Origin: Gammaproteobacteria bacterium
GTDB taxonomy: Bacteria > Pseudomonadota > Gammaproteobacteria > Steroidobacterales > Steroidobacteraceae
NCBI GenBank assembly: GCA_947455595.1
Contig: CANGOP010000015.1
Span: forward strand, 3,812-67,811
Length of the DNA: 64,000 nt
Direction of reading: 5' to 3'
Shown piece after piece: positions 1-10,222 of the stretch. The stretch's first letter is position 1. Each line of letters starts with the position of its first letter. The notes below the pieces were generated by a model. That model searched no databases, was not told where the DNA came from, and worked only from the letters and a program-made list of their open reading frames with translations. A program made the translations under genes and the position numbers.

Positions 1-172
1 GGAAAGCCTGCAGAAGATGCCGCGTGACTCCAATCCGAATCGTCAGCGAATCCGCTGCTCTATCACGGGCCGCCCGCGTGGCGTGTACCGTAAGTTCGGG
101 CTCGCGCGCACTAAGCTGCGCGAGGCCGCCAACCGGGGTGAAATCCCGGGTCTGAGCAAGGCGAGCTGGTGA
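1..172 (+). CDS. rpsN: 30S ribosomal protein S14, C-terminal fragment (gene starts upstream of window)
   Basis: Frame starting at nt 2 reads ...[39 protein letters not shown], stop TGA 170-172. Typical S14 C-terminus, directly precedes rpsH as in the spc operon. Confidence 0.9.
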   Translation, partial: ESLQKMPRDSNPNRQRIRCSITGRPRGVYRKFGLARTKLREAANRGEIPGLSKASW

Positions 173-182
173 GGAACCGCCC

Positions 183-578
183 ATGAGCATGACTGATCCA
201 ATTGCTGACCTTTTCACGCGCATCCGTAATGCGCAGGCTGCTCGTAAGCCTGACGTTTCGTGCGCTGCTTCGAAGCTGAAGGTTTCGATCGCCACGCTGT
301 TGCGTGACGAGGGTTACATCGCTGGCTTCACCACCGACACCGATGGCGCCAAGTCGACGCTGACCGTGCACCTCAAGTATCACGAGGGTCGTCCGGTTAT
401 CGAGCGCCTTGAGCGGGTGAGCCGTCCCGGACTGCGGACCTACCGCGGCAAGGACGAGCTGCCCAAGGTGTTGGGTGGTCTTGGTATCGCTATCGTCTCG
501 ACCTCGCAGGGTGTCATGACCGACCGACAAGCCCGCGCGGCTGGTCAGGGCGGCGAGATCCTCGGCGTGGTTTCGTAA
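183..578 (+). CDS. rpsH: 30S ribosomal protein S8
   Basis: 131 aa, [17 protein letters not shown]..., close to the E. coli S8 N-terminus. spc operon order. Confidence 0.97.
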   Translation: MSMTDPIADLFTRIRNAQAARKPDVSCAASKLKVSIATLLRDEGYIAGFTTDTDGAKSTLTVHLKYHEGRPVIERLERVSRPGLRTYRGKDELPKVLGGLGIAIVSTSQGVMTDRQARAAGQGGEILGVVS

Positions 579-588
579 AGGAACGATC

Positions 589-1122
589 ATGTCCAGAGTT
601 GCAAAAAAGCCGGTTCCGCTGCCGCAAGGCGTTACCGCTACGATCGACGCGGGCACCGTGACGCTGCAGGGCGCCAAGGGCTCCCTGTCGGTCAAGTTGG
701 CCGCCAACGTTTCGGTTGCCCAGGAAGATCAGGCCCTCTGCGTGAAGGTTGCCGCGAATGACACGGCTACTTGGGCGCTCGCAGGGTCGACTCGTGCGCA
801 TTTGGCCAACATGGCGCAGGGCGTCAGCAAGGGCTTCGAACAGAAGCTTGAGCTCGTCGGCGTCGGTTACCGCGCGGCTGTTCAGGGTAAGGCCCTGAAC
901 CTCACGCTCGGCTACTCGCACCCGGTCGTTTATCCGATCCCGGAGGGGATCACGATCGAGACCCCGAGCCAGACCGAGATCATGATCAAGGGTTCAGATC
1001 GCCAGAAGATCGGCCAGGTGGCGGCCGACATCCGACGTTTCCGTGCTCCGGAGCCCTACAAGGGCAAGGGCGTTCGGTACTCGGGTGAGAAGATCGAACT
1101 CAAGGAAGCCAAGAAGAAGTAA
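589..1122 (+). CDS. rplF: 50S ribosomal protein L6
   Basis: 177 aa, MSRVAKKPVPLPQGV..., follows rpsH. Confidence 0.97.
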   Translation: MSRVAKKPVPLPQGVTATIDAGTVTLQGAKGSLSVKLAANVSVAQEDQALCVKVAANDTATWALAGSTRAHLANMAQGVSKGFEQKLELVGVGYRAAVQGKALNLTLGYSHPVVYPIPEGITIETPSQTEIMIKGSDRQKIGQVAADIRRFRAPEPYKGKGVRYSGEKIELKEAKKK

Positions 1123-1128
1123 GGCGCC

Positions 1129-1494
1129 ATGAAAAAGATCATAGACAAGAAGGGCGTGCGCCTCCGTCGCGCCGCCAAAACCCGCGCGAAGATTCGCGCG
1201 CTCCGTTCAGTGCGGTTGGCCGTTCACCGGTCGACTCAGCACATCTACGCGCAGATCATCGATGCGTCTGGTGAGAAGATTCTCGCCAGTGCCTCGACGG
1301 TGCAGGAAGCGGTACGCGGTGACCTTACGGCCACCGGCAACATTGCGGCTGCTGCGGCAGTTGGCAAGGCCATTGCGGAACGCGCCCTGGCGGCAGGCAT
1401 CACCCACGTGGCATTTGACCGCGCTGGCTTTCGTTACCACGGCCGCGTCAAGGCGCTGGCCGACGCAGCCCGCGAAGCCGGGCTGGTTTTCTAA
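1129..1494 (+). CDS. rplR: 50S ribosomal protein L18
   Basis: 121 aa, ...[28 protein letters not shown]... L18 motif. spc operon order. Confidence 0.97.
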   Translation: MKKIIDKKGVRLRRAAKTRAKIRALRSVRLAVHRSTQHIYAQIIDASGEKILASASTVQEAVRGDLTATGNIAAAAAVGKAIAERALAAGITHVAFDRAGFRYHGRVKALADAAREAGLVF

Positions 1495-1518
1495 AGTATT
1501 TCAGGCAGGGATCCAACC

Positions 1519-2022
1519 ATGGCGAGACCCGACAAGGCACCCGGCGACGACCTGATTGAGAAGCTCGTGGCGGTCAACCGCACGGCTAAGGTTGTCAAGG
1601 GCGGCAAGCAGTTCGGCTTCACGGCCCTGACAGTCGTCGGCGACGGCGCAGGTCGCGTCGGCTTCGGCTACGGCAAGGCGCGCGAAGTGCCGACGGCCAT
1701 CGCGAAGGCGATGCAGCAGGCCCGCAAGAACATCATGAACGTCCCTCTGCGCGGTGACTCCATTCACTACGCAGTGAAGGGCCGCCACGGCACGACGCGC
1801 GTGTACATGCAGCCCGCTTCGGGCGGTACCGGCGTGATCGCGGGCGGTGGAATGCGTGCAGTGTTCGAGTGCGCCGGTGTGCGCAACGTACTCGCGAAGA
1901 GCTACGGCTCGCGCAATCCGATTAACGTGGTCCGCGCGACGATCAATGCGTTTACGCAAATGTCGTCGCCGGATTCGATCGCTGCCAAGCGTGGCAAGAC
2001 CGTCGAGGAGATCCTGGCTTAA
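1519..2022 (+). CDS. rpsE: 30S ribosomal protein S5
   Basis: 167 aa, ...[28 protein letters not shown]... S5 motif. Confidence 0.97.
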   Translation: MARPDKAPGDDLIEKLVAVNRTAKVVKGGKQFGFTALTVVGDGAGRVGFGYGKAREVPTAIAKAMQQARKNIMNVPLRGDSIHYAVKGRHGTTRVYMQPASGGTGVIAGGGMRAVFECAGVRNVLAKSYGSRNPINVVRATINAFTQMSSPDSIAAKRGKTVEEILA

Positions 2023-2043
2023 GGCCGGGTCTGGAGAGACGAC

Positions 2044-2226
2044 ATGAGCGGCAAGATCAAAGTAACTCTGAAGAAGAGCACGGCCGGACAGCTGAAGAAC
2101 ATTCAGCAGTCGGTGCGCGGGCTCGGTCTGCGTCGGATTGGCCACACGGTGGAAGTGCTCGACACAGCCCCCAACCGCGGCATGATCCGTACGGCGACGC
2201 ATCTCGTCGTCGTCGAAAAGGCCTGA
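2044..2226 (+). CDS. rpmD: 50S ribosomal protein L30
   Basis: 60 aa, [31 protein letters not shown]. Position between rpsE and rplO. Confidence 0.95.
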   Translation: MSGKIKVTLKKSTAGQLKNIQQSVRGLGLRRIGHTVEVLDTAPNRGMIRTATHLVVVEKA

Positions 2227-2236
2227 GGGAACAGCA

Positions 2237-2677
2237 ATGAAACTGAATAGCATGAGCCCTGCCGAGGGCAGCAAAAAGACAGCCCGCCGAGTCGGCCGTG
2301 GTGCGTCTGCCGGACAGGGCAAGACCTGCGGCCGTGGCGTCAAGGGTCAGCGCGCACGTAAGGGCGGCTACCACAAGGTTGGCTTCGAAGGCGGCCAGAT
2401 GCCGCTCCAGCGTCGGTTGCCGAAGATGGGCTTTAACTCCCATGTGAAGCCGACCCGTGGGGAAATCACGCTCGATACGCTCGCCAAGATTGCCGCCAGC
2501 AACGACGGTGCTGTCGATCTCGCAGCGGTGAAGAAGGCGAGCGCCGTGCACGCGGGCATCGAGAAGGTCAAGGTTATCCTGTCGGGTTCGATCAGCGCAG
2601 CGGTTACCGTTCGCGGCCTTGCGGCCACGAAGGGCGCTCGCGCTGCGATCGAAGCGGCCGGCGGCAAGTTCGAGTAA
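2237..2677 (+). CDS. rplO: 50S ribosomal protein L15
   Basis: 146 aa, MKLNSMSPAEGSKK..RVGRGASAGQGKTCGRG... Confidence 0.97.
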   Translation: MKLNSMSPAEGSKKTARRVGRGASAGQGKTCGRGVKGQRARKGGYHKVGFEGGQMPLQRRLPKMGFNSHVKPTRGEITLDTLAKIAASNDGAVDLAAVKKASAVHAGIEKVKVILSGSISAAVTVRGLAATKGARAAIEAAGGKFE

Positions 2678-2683
2678 CGCGCC

Positions 2684-4048
2684 GTGGCCTCCGGGGGTTC
2701 CAACGCGATGGGAGGTTTCGGTGCCGCAACACGGCTCGCCGAGATCCGCTCGCGGATTTTCTTCCTGCTGGGTGGGTTGATTGTCTATCGCATCGGAACG
2801 TTCATTCCGGTGCCGGGCATCGATCCCATAGCGCTTTCGCGCTTCTTCCAAGAGCAGGAAGGCACGATCCTCGGCCTCTTCAATATGTTCTCCGGCGGAG
2901 CGCTCTCGCGTCTGTCGATCTTCGCGCTCGGCGTTATGCCGTACATTTCAGCGTCGATCATCATTCAGATGCTCGCCGTGGTCTATCCGCCATGGGCAGA
3001 GTGGAAGAAAGAGGGCGAGTCTGGTCGTCGTCGGATCACCCAGATCACGCGCTATGCCTCGGTCGGTTTGGCGATCTTTCAGGGCGCAGGCGCTGCGTAT
3101 GCCTTCCAGAACCAGGGCGTTGTGTTGAACCCGGGCTGGTATTTCGTCGTGGTTGCGACTGTGACGCTGACGACAGGAACGATGTTCTTGATGTGGTTGG
3201 GTGAGCAGATTACCGAGCGCGGGATCGGTAACGGCATCTCGATGATCATCTTGTCCGGTATCGTCGCGGGTCTGCCAGCGGCGATCGGTAATACCTTCAA
3301 CCAGATGTCGACGGGCGAGATGAACCCGGCCTTCGCGATTATCCTCGCTCTCGTGGTGGGGGGCGTCACGTTCTTTGTCGCTTGGGTCGAGGGTGGGCAG
3401 CGCCGCATCGCGGTTAACTACGCCAAGCGCATGATGGGCCGTCAGATGGTGGGTGGTCAGTCGAGCCATCTGCCTTTCAAGCTCAACATGTCAGGCGTGA
3501 TTCCGCCGATCTTCGCCTCGTCGTTGCTGTTGTTCCCAGCGACACTTGCGAACTTCGCGGGAACCGGCGTCGGCCAAACAGGCCTGATGAGTGGATTCAA
3601 GTCCTTCATGCAGGGGCTGTCAGCTTCGCTGAGCTATGGCCAGCCGCTGCACATGTTCCTGTATGCCTTGCTGATCGTATTTTTCTGCTTCTTCTACACT
3701 GGTTTGACGTTTAGCTCGAGAGAGACGGCGGACAACCTGAAGAAGGCTGGTGCGTTTATTCCGGGCATCCGTCCGGGACAGCACACCGGCGAGTACATCG
3801 AAAAGGTGCTCACTCGGCTGACGTTGTGGGGCGCGATCTATGTGACCGCGGTCTGCCTCCTGCCCGAGCTCCTTATTTCGTGGGGCAACGTGCCGTTCTA
3901 TTTCGGCGGTACGTCGCTCCTCATCATCGTGGTGGTCGTTATGGATTTCATCGCGCAGTTGCAGGCGCACATGATGTCCCACCAGTACGAAGGTCTTATC
4001 AAGAAGTCCAACCTGCGCGGCTCCGGCCGTCCGGGCTCAGCGCCGTAA
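2684..4048 (+). CDS. secY: Preprotein translocase subunit SecY
   Basis: 454 aa polytopic membrane protein, ...[17 protein letters not shown]... Lies between rplO and rpmJ. GTG start at 2684; an ATG at 2708 is an alternative. Confidence 0.96.
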   Translation: MASGGSNAMGGFGAATRLAEIRSRIFFLLGGLIVYRIGTFIPVPGIDPIALSRFFQEQEGTILGLFNMFSGGALSRLSIFALGVMPYISASIIIQMLAVVYPPWAEWKKEGESGRRRITQITRYASVGLAIFQGAGAAYAFQNQGVVLNPGWYFVVVATVTLTTGTMFLMWLGEQITERGIGNGISMIILSGIVAGLPAAIGNTFNQMSTGEMNPAFAIILALVVGGVTFFVAWVEGGQRRIAVNYAKRMMGRQMVGGQSSHLPFKLNMSGVIPPIFASSLLLFPATLANFAGTGVGQTGLMSGFKSFMQGLSASLSYGQPLHMFLYALLIVFFCFFYTGLTFSSRETADNLKKAGAFIPGIRPGQHTGEYIEKVLTRLTLWGAIYVTAVCLLPELLISWGNVPFYFGGTSLLIIVVVVMDFIAQLQAHMMSHQYEGLIKKSNLRGSGRPGSAP

Positions 4049-4080
4049 GGCGCCGAGCGGCGTCCCTCCGAGGTCCAGTC

Positions 4081-4194
4081 ATGAAAGTCCGTCCGTCCGT
4101 TAAAAAGATTTGCAAAAACTGCAAGGTGGTCCGTCGCCGAGGGATCGTCTACATCATCTGCTCCGACGCTCGCCACAAGCAGCGCCAGGGTTGA
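4081..4194 (+). CDS. rpmJ: 50S ribosomal protein L36
   Basis: 37 aa, [37 protein letters not shown]. It is the 3' part of the longer track ORF 3826..4194. Confidence 0.95.
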   Translation: MKVRPSVKKICKNCKVVRRRGIVYIICSDARHKQRQG

Positions 4195-4267
4195 CGTAGA
4201 TGAACCCCGCTGAGCAAGTCCGCTGGCAACAGCGTGCGAGTTCAGGCCGGCCTTAGGGTCGGAAGGG

Positions 4268-4296
4268 TTGAAGAAACCCGGGTTTCAGGCTAAACT
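4268..4296 (+). promoter_or_regulatory. Candidate sigma70 promoter of the alpha operon (TTGAAG-N17-TAAACT)
   Basis: -35 TTGAAG at 4268-4273, 17-nt spacer, -10 TAAACT at 4291-4296, about 37 nt upstream of the rpsM ATG. E. coli also has an internal promoter between rpmJ and rpsM. Confidence 0.4.
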
Positions 4297-4332
4297 AACC
4301 AACTTTTCCCCACGAATTCTCCAGGGCTGCAC

Positions 4333-4713
4333 ATGGCACGTATTGCCGGCATTAACATCCCGATGAACAAGCACATTGTTATCGGGTTGACCCACATCTA
4401 CGGCATTGGCCGTACGACGTCTAAGAAGGCCTGTGAGGCCACTGGCGTCGCGCCGACCACCAAGACCAAGGATCTCACCGATTCTGAGGTTGCGGCGCTC
4501 CGTGGATTCATCGCGCGCATGACCGTCGAAGGCGATCTTCGCCGCGAAACGGCCATGAACATCAAGCGCCTCATGGACATGGGCTCTTACCGTGGCATGC
4601 GCCATCGTAAGGGTCTGCCGATGCGCGGTCAGCGCACCCGCACGAATGCACGTACCCGTAAGGGCCCGCGCAAGCAGGCGGTCAAGCTCAACGCGCCTCC
4701 GGGCAAGGCCTAA
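4333..4713 (+). CDS. rpsM: 30S ribosomal protein S13
   Basis: 126 aa, [32 protein letters not shown]... Confidence 0.97.
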   Translation: MARIAGINIPMNKHIVIGLTHIYGIGRTTSKKACEATGVAPTTKTKDLTDSEVAALRGFIARMTVEGDLRRETAMNIKRLMDMGSYRGMRHRKGLPMRGQRTRTNARTRKGPRKQAVKLNAPPGKA

Positions 4714-4741
4714 GGCCTAATTTCTCTAGGAATGACCAGCA

Positions 4742-5146
4742 ATGGCTGAACAGAAACAGGGTGACAAGAAGGCTCCGCGCGTTAAAAAGGCGCGGCGTCA
4801 GGTCAGCGACGGCATTGCCCACGTGCATGCCTCGTTTAATAACACGATCATCACGATCACTGACCGCGCAGGTGGCGTGCTGTCGTGGGCGACTTCGGGT
4901 GGCTGCGGCTTCCGTGGCTCCCGCAAGAGCACCCCGTTCGCGGCGCAGGTCGCTGCTGAGAAGGCAGGCGTTGCGGCGCAGGAATACGGCCTGCGTAACG
5001 TCGAAGTTCGCGTCAAGGGCCCCGGCCCAGGTCGCGAATCAGCGGTGCGTGCACTGAACGGCTGCGGGCTCAAGATCACGAGCATCGCTGACGTCACGCC
5101 CATCCCCCACAACGGCTGCCGCCCGCCTAAGAAGCGGCGCGTCTGA
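4742..5146 (+). CDS. rpsK: 30S ribosomal protein S11
   Basis: 134 aa, ...[27 protein letters not shown]... Confidence 0.97.
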   Translation: MAEQKQGDKKAPRVKKARRQVSDGIAHVHASFNNTIITITDRAGGVLSWATSGGCGFRGSRKSTPFAAQVAAEKAGVAAQEYGLRNVEVRVKGPGPGRESAVRALNGCGLKITSIADVTPIPHNGCRPPKKRRV

Positions 5147-5180
5147 CGGTCGCCCTTAAGCGACCTATTCGAGGAACGCA

Positions 5181-5804
5181 ATGGCCAGGTATCTCGGTCC
5201 CAAGTGCAAGCTCTCGCGTCGCGAGGGCACTGATCTCTTCCTGAAGAGCGGCGTCAAGACGCTCGAATCGAAGTGCAAGCTGGAAGTGCCGCCGGGCGGC
5301 ATTAAGGGCGAGCGCAAGCAGCGCCTGTCCGACTACGGCGTACAGCTGCGTGAGAAGCAGAAGCTTCGCCGCATGTACGGCGTGTTGGAACGCCAGTTCC
5401 GTAACTACTACCACGCGGCCGCCGGCCGTCCCGGCGCCACGGGTGAAAACCTGCTGAAGACGCTCGAGCGTCGTCTGGACAACGTCGTCTACCGCATGGG
5501 GTTTGCCTCGACCCGCTCGGAAGCTCGCCAGTTGGTGTCCCACAAGGGCATTACGGTGAACGGCCAGGTTGTGAACGTGGCCTCCTACCAATGCGCTGCC
5601 GGCGACCTCATTGAGGTTCGCGAGCATGCGAAGAAGCAGGGCCGTGTTGCTACGGCACTCAGCCTTGCCGCTCAGTCGGGCTTTCCTGACTGGGTCATCG
5701 TTGACGAGAAGAAGATGTCGGGCACGCTCAAGTCGATCCCAGATCGCGATGAGATTCTGCCGGACATCAACGAGAACCTCGTCGTCGAGTTGTACTCCAA
5801 GTAA
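5181..5804 (+). CDS. rpsD: 30S ribosomal protein S4
   Basis: 207 aa, [24 protein letters not shown]... Confidence 0.97.
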   Translation: MARYLGPKCKLSRREGTDLFLKSGVKTLESKCKLEVPPGGIKGERKQRLSDYGVQLREKQKLRRMYGVLERQFRNYYHAAAGRPGATGENLLKTLERRLDNVVYRMGFASTRSEARQLVSHKGITVNGQVVNVASYQCAAGDLIEVREHAKKQGRVATALSLAAQSGFPDWVIVDEKKMSGTLKSIPDRDEILPDINENLVVELYSK

Positions 5805-5860
5805 TTTGCCTTCTGGTCCACGGGAACTCCTGGGGACCTCTGTTTGGCTAAGGTGCTTCT

Positions 5861-6862
5861 ATGCAGGGATCTGTCGCTGAATTTCTGAAGCCGCGTGTGG
5901 TCAAGGTTACCGATCAGGGACCTCGCCATGCTCGTGTCGTTATTGAGCCGTTCGAGCGGGGTTTCGGACATACGCTCGGCAACGCTCTGCGTCGCGTGCT
6001 GCTGTCGTCGCTGCCAGGCGCGGCGATCACCGAAGTGGAGATCGATGGCGTGCTTCACGAGTACACCTCCATTGAAGGTGTGCAGGAAGACGTGGTCGAC
6101 GTGCTGCTCAACCTCAAGCAGGTTGCTGTGCGCATGCACTCGCGGGATGAGTCTGAATTGCGTCTCGTCAAGAAGGGCCCAGGCCCAGTCTTGGCCGGCG
6201 ACATTCAGGGCGATCACGACGTCGAGATCCTGAACCCTGAGTTGGTCATCGCGAATCTGACGAAGGCTGGCGAGCTCAACATGACGCTCAAGATTGAGCG
6301 GGGTCGCGGCTATCGTCCGGCGATTGCTCGCAATTTCGAAGAGCAGACCCGCCCGATCGGTCGCCTTCAGCTCGATGCGTCGTTCTCCCCGGTTCGTAAG
6401 GTCACCTACAACGTTGAGGCCGCGCGCGTTGAACAGCGCACCGACCTCGACAAGTTGATCATCGACCTCGAGACGAATGGCACCATCGATCCTGAGGAAG
6501 CCATCCGCCGCGCCGGTTCGATTCTCAAGGACCAGCTGTCGGTCTTCGTTGACCTGCAAGGCCAGGAAGAGGGCGGTTCGAAGTCGGTCGAGACGCAGTT
6601 CGATGCGATCTTGCTGCGGCCAGTGGATGAGCTCGAGCTGACGGTTCGCAGCGCGAACTGCCTCAAGGCCGAGAACATTCATTACATCGGTGATCTGGTG
6701 CAACGCACCGAGGTCGAGCTGTTACGTACGCCGAACCTCGGCAAGAAGTCGCTCACCGAGATCAAGGAAGTCCTCGAGAGCCACGGTCTGTCGCTCGGCA
6801 TGCGCCTAGAAGGCTGGCCGCCGGCGACCCTGCGCCGCGAAGATGAGTACAAGACGGCCTGA
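5861..6862 (+). CDS. rpoA: DNA-directed RNA polymerase subunit alpha
   Basis: 333 aa, NTD plus CTD (...[22 protein letters not shown]...). Alpha operon position. Confidence 0.97.
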   Translation: MQGSVAEFLKPRVVKVTDQGPRHARVVIEPFERGFGHTLGNALRRVLLSSLPGAAITEVEIDGVLHEYTSIEGVQEDVVDVLLNLKQVAVRMHSRDESELRLVKKGPGPVLAGDIQGDHDVEILNPELVIANLTKAGELNMTLKIERGRGYRPAIARNFEEQTRPIGRLQLDASFSPVRKVTYNVEAARVEQRTDLDKLIIDLETNGTIDPEEAIRRAGSILKDQLSVFVDLQGQEEGGSKSVETQFDAILLRPVDELELTVRSANCLKAENIHYIGDLVQRTEVELLRTPNLGKKSLTEIKEVLESHGLSLGMRLEGWPPATLRREDEYKTA

Positions 6863-6897
6863 CGTTGAGTCAGACCCACAGAAGTTAAGAGAGAGAT

Positions 6898-7293
6898 ATG
6901 CGTCACCACAACACCGGCCGCCAGCTGTCGCGTAACAGCTCGCATCGCGCCGCGCTGATGCGCAACCTCACCGCAGCTCTGCTGCGCTATGAGACCATTC
7001 GCACCACCGTTCCTAAGGCGAAGGAACTTCGCCGCGTCGTCGAACCGATCATCACGCTCGGCAAGACCGACAGCCTGGCGGCTCGCCGCCGCGCGTTCGC
7101 GAAGCTTCGTGACGAGGCGCTCGTGGAAAAGCTGTTCACCGATATCGGACCGCGCTTTGCTGCGCGCACCGGCGGCTACACGCGCATCCTCAAAATGGAG
7201 GAGCGCGCGGGTGACTCGGCGCCGATGGCGCTGATGCAGCTCGTCGACAAGGCGACTGCTCCGGCGGCGCCGGAAGGTGAAAAGGCAGAGTAA
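6898..7293 (+). CDS. rplQ: 50S ribosomal protein L17
   Basis: 131 aa, [24 protein letters not shown]... Confidence 0.97.
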   Translation: MRHHNTGRQLSRNSSHRAALMRNLTAALLRYETIRTTVPKAKELRRVVEPIITLGKTDSLAARRRAFAKLRDEALVEKLFTDIGPRFAARTGGYTRILKMEERAGDSAPMALMQLVDKATAPAAPEGEKAE

Positions 7294-7395
7294 TCTGCCT
7301 ACGGTGACTGGTCCTCTACGGGAGGCGCCGGCGCCGGCAACGGTTAGTCCGACGAATTCCGATGGCCCGTAAGGGCATTGGGTCGTCATAGTAGT

Positions 7396-7424
7396 AGGCC
7401 GGGGTAACCCCCCGGCCTTTTTTT
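7396..7424 (+). terminator. Rho-independent terminator of the alpha operon
   Basis: 9-bp stem AGGCCGGGG / CCCCGGCCT, 5-nt loop, followed by a T7 run. Confidence 0.8.
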
Positions 7425-7467
7425 GTTGCGCGCTTTTGGATTGACCCGAGCGTCATCCGTTCCCATC

Positions 7468-8364
7468 ATGTCGGTTGGTTTCCTACCGAGGGCTTGGCGC
7501 GTGAATACCTGTCCTGACTACGTACTCCTACTCTCGTGTCCGGATGCCAAGGGCATCGTTCACGCGGTCACGGGTTTCGTGTTGTCGCAGGATGGGTTGG
7601 TGGTCGATTCCATGCAGTACACGGACTCGCCGACTGGCGTGTTCTGTATGCGCGTGCACTTTCAATTGCCGGCGGCCGCCGAGATTGACGCGGTTCGTTC
7701 TTCCTTCCAGCCGCTCGCCGAACAGTACGGTATGGACTGGCGTCTGGTGGACCGTGAGGGGCGCCGTCGGGTGCTCGTGATGGTTTCTGCACATGACCAC
7801 TGTCTGCACGATCTCCTCTACCGGCAGCAAAAAGGCTCATTGCCCATGGAAATCGTCGGCGTGGTGTCGAATCACCGCGTCGCCAAGAAACTCGTCGACG
7901 ATCACAACATATCCTTCGATTACCTGCCGATCACACCCGACAACAAGGTGGCGCAAGAAAAGATTCTGATGCGGATCATTGAGCGCAAGCGTGTCGATCT
8001 CGTGGTGCTCGCGCGCTACATGCAAGTGCTCTCAGATGATGTCTGTAGCCGAATGGCGGGGCGCATGATCAACATTCACCAGAGCTTTCTGCCGGGTTTT
8101 AAGGGCGCTAAACCCTACCAGCAGGCCTACGACCGTGGCGTGAAGCTGATCGGCGCGACTGCGCACTACGTGACGCCCGACTTGGACGAGGGTCCCATCA
8201 TCGAACAGGACGTCGCGCGCGTCAGTCACGGCCTCACCGTGGCCCAAGTTGCGGAAGTCGGTCGTGAGATAGAAACGCGGGTGCTCGCCCGCGCGTTACA
8301 GTACGAACTTGAACACCGGGTCCTGTTGCTGGGGAACCGGACCGTGGTGTTCTCGCGTTATTGA
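7468..8364 (+). CDS. purU: Formyltetrahydrofolate deformylase
   Basis: ACT-like N-terminus (YVLLLSCPDAKGIVHAVTGF) plus formyltransferase core (INIHQSFLPGFKGAKPYQQAYDRGVKLIGATAHYVTPDLDEGPIIEQD). The track start at 7423 overlaps the terminator, so I used the ATG at 7468. GTG 7501 is also possible. Confidence 0.85.
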   Translation: MSVGFLPRAWRVNTCPDYVLLLSCPDAKGIVHAVTGFVLSQDGLVVDSMQYTDSPTGVFCMRVHFQLPAAAEIDAVRSSFQPLAEQYGMDWRLVDREGRRRVLVMVSAHDHCLHDLLYRQQKGSLPMEIVGVVSNHRVAKKLVDDHNISFDYLPITPDNKVAQEKILMRIIERKRVDLVVLARYMQVLSDDVCSRMAGRMINIHQSFLPGFKGAKPYQQAYDRGVKLIGATAHYVTPDLDEGPIIEQDVARVSHGLTVAQVAEVGREIETRVLARALQYELEHRVLLLGNRTVVFSRY

Positions 8365-8371
8365 GGTGGGT

Positions 8372-9706
8372 TCAGGCCGACGCAAACGCATCGAACGCGT
8401 CGCGAGTCAGGTTTTCAGGCTCGCCGTCCGTGGCGAGGACGTCATCTTCCACGCGGACCCCACCAAAAGGCCGCAAGGCGTTGACCGCCTCCCAATTGAT
8501 ATCGCGACCACGGCCGTCCCGCTGCGCTTGCGCGAGCAATAGGTCGATAAAGTAGATTCCCGGCTCAATGGTCACGACAGTGCCAGCCTCGAGCGTGCGA
8601 GTCAGACGCAGGTAGCGATCAGCCGCCGGTGGCGGACGCTGTCCCCCCGTGGGCCCTGCTTGGTGGCCGCCGATGTCATGGACTTGAAGCCCGAGCAGAT
8701 GGCCGATGCCGTGCGGAAAGAAGACCGCCGTGAGGCCGCTCTCAACCGCTGCCTGCACGCTGCAGGTCACGATCTTCTCGTTGACCAGGATCTCGGCGAT
8801 CAGGCGATGCGCCAGTGCATGGATGTCCGGGTAGTGGACGCCCGCGCGGACGCGGGCGCATAACTGCTGTTCCGCCGCCTCGAGGCCCGCCAACAAACTA
8901 CCGAAACGACCTCCGGGCTCAGCGGCATGCGTGCGGGTGATATCGCAAGCATAACCCCGGAACTGCGCTCCGGCGTCGATCAAGAACGAGCGGCGCTCGG
9001 CGGGTGTCTGCGACTGCAGCTCGGTGTAATGCAGGATCGCGGCGCCTTCATTGAGCGCAATGATGTTCGGATAGGGTAGCCCAGCCTCCGTGTGACCGGA
9101 GGCGGCGAGGTAGGCCAAATGGATGCCGTACTCCGACGCACCGCGATGGAAAGCCGCGGCCGCTGCAACGTGCGCGCGCGCGCCGCGGCGCGCTGCGATC
9201 CGCATGCACTCAAGTTCATACGGCGATTTCACCGCGCGCTCCCAGTGCAGTCGATCGACCAGTGCCGGTGGATTGATCGCGCTGAAGCCCCATTCTTCGA
9301 TGCCTGCAAACGGCTCGCCGATAAAAGCGGCACCCGTCGGTACATTCGCTCTGGCTTCGTTTGGCACGCGCAGGATCGACAAGTCGAACTCTGCCAACCA
9401 CGCCTCAGTCGGCGTCGCGGGCGGTTTGTGCCAGTAGTCCTCCGGTTGATGGAACCACAGGGATGGCCGGGCGTCTGGGCGGATACACAAGAACGAGCCT
9501 GGCGCATTGTCGATCGGAGCCCACCACAAGAAATGGGGGTTGGCGGCAAAGGGGTAGGTCTGATCGTCGAGGAACCGGTAGTGCTGAAAGCCCGCGCCGA
9601 TCACGACCGAATCGAATCCCGCCGCCGTCAGGCTATGGGTGAAAATCTGCCCGAGGCGTGCGATATGGGCGGTGAACAGGGCATCGGACGGTGCGCGATT
9701 CGGCAT
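8372..9706 (-). CDS. pepQ: Xaa-Pro dipeptidase (prolidase, M24B)
   Basis: 444 aa, colinear with E. coli PepQ by eye (YELECMR, PYPNIIALNEGAAILHYTEL, HGIGHLLGLQVHD, IEPGIYFI, PFGGVRVEDDV). Confidence 0.85.
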   Translation of the reverse strand: MPNRAPSDALFTAHIARLGQIFTHSLTAAGFDSVVIGAGFQHYRFLDDQTYPFAANPHFLWWAPIDNAPGSFLCIRPDARPSLWFHQPEDYWHKPPATPTEAWLAEFDLSILRVPNEARANVPTGAAFIGEPFAGIEEWGFSAINPPALVDRLHWERAVKSPYELECMRIAARRGARAHVAAAAAFHRGASEYGIHLAYLAASGHTEAGLPYPNIIALNEGAAILHYTELQSQTPAERRSFLIDAGAQFRGYACDITRTHAAEPGGRFGSLLAGLEAAEQQLCARVRAGVHYPDIHALAHRLIAEILVNEKIVTCSVQAAVESGLTAVFFPHGIGHLLGLQVHDIGGHQAGPTGGQRPPPAADRYLRLTRTLEAGTVVTIEPGIYFIDLLLAQAQRDGRGRDINWEAVNALRPFGGVRVEDDVLATDGEPENLTRDAFDAFASA

Positions 9707-9913
9707 GGGGACTCCGGTTCGAGGACTTTGCCTGGGTCATGAGGCTGTGTCGAAAGTGTAGTCTTCCCTGTAGCGTGGACGCCATGATGCACCCCAACAT
9801 TTGCGCAACTGGGTGCGAAAGTATGTAGAATCGACGGCCGTGGACCGGGTCGGCGAGCAATCTCCGGGTCGGCCGCGAACTTTTTACCATTCCTGGAATT
9901 GGGGTACCGACCG

Positions 9914-10117
9914 ATGAACGTGAAACTCGCTATCGGCGCTGCTGCGCTGGCGCTTGCTCTTGCTGCTTGTGGTTCGAAGGAAGCCGCTCCGGCCGCTCCT
10001 GCTGCTGACGCTGCTGCTCCGGCCGCTGCGCCGGCTGCTGACGCTGCTGCTCCGGCTGCTGACGCTGCTGCTCCGGCTGCTGGCGCTGCTCCGGCTGCGA
10101 CCGAAGAGAAGAAGTAA
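9914..10117 (+). CDS. Small Ala/Pro-repeat lipoprotein
   Basis: MNVKLAIGAAALALALAAC with an LAAC lipobox, then a PAADAAA-type repeat and a C-terminal EEKK. Followed by a strong terminator. ATG 9914 preferred over the track TTG 9899. Confidence 0.6.
   Translation: MNVKLAIGAAALALALAACGSKEAAPAAPAADAAAPAAAPAADAAAPAADAAAPAAGAAPAATEEKK
9986..10099. repeat. Imperfect in-frame tandem repeat (unit GCTGCTGACGCTGCTGCTCCGG, 3 copies)
   Basis: Copies start at 10001, 10034 and 10055 and encode (P)AADAAAP units inside the lipoprotein gene. Confidence 0.8.
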
Positions 10118-10146
10118 TCGCTGCGCGAAAGCGCGAGTGATTCGGA

Positions 10147-10191
10147 CCGGGACGGATCTCCAGCTTGTCTGGAAGATCCCCCCGGTTTTTT
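10147..10191 (+). terminator. Rho-independent terminator
   Basis: Composite stem: CCGGG...CCCGG outer, GGATCTCCAG / CTGGAAGATCC inner with one bulge. Followed by T6. Confidence 0.7.
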
Positions 10192-10222
10192 ATTGCCCGT
10201 GAATTGACTCCGAGACGCCACC

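Noticed and set aside
5672-6703. Long antisense ORFs opposite well-supported genes. Examples: 343 aa opposite rpoA; 1501..2343 opposite rpsE/rpmD/rplO; 24188..25171 opposite leuS/lptE; 41687..42757 opposite purK; 51268..51984 opposite rpsI/tRNA-Gln.
   Set aside because: These are typical shadow ORFs of a GC-rich genome, where stop codons are rare on the antisense strand. Their products are Arg/Pro/Gly-rich low-complexity sequences with no motifs, and each is fully overlapped by a gene with unambiguous homology.
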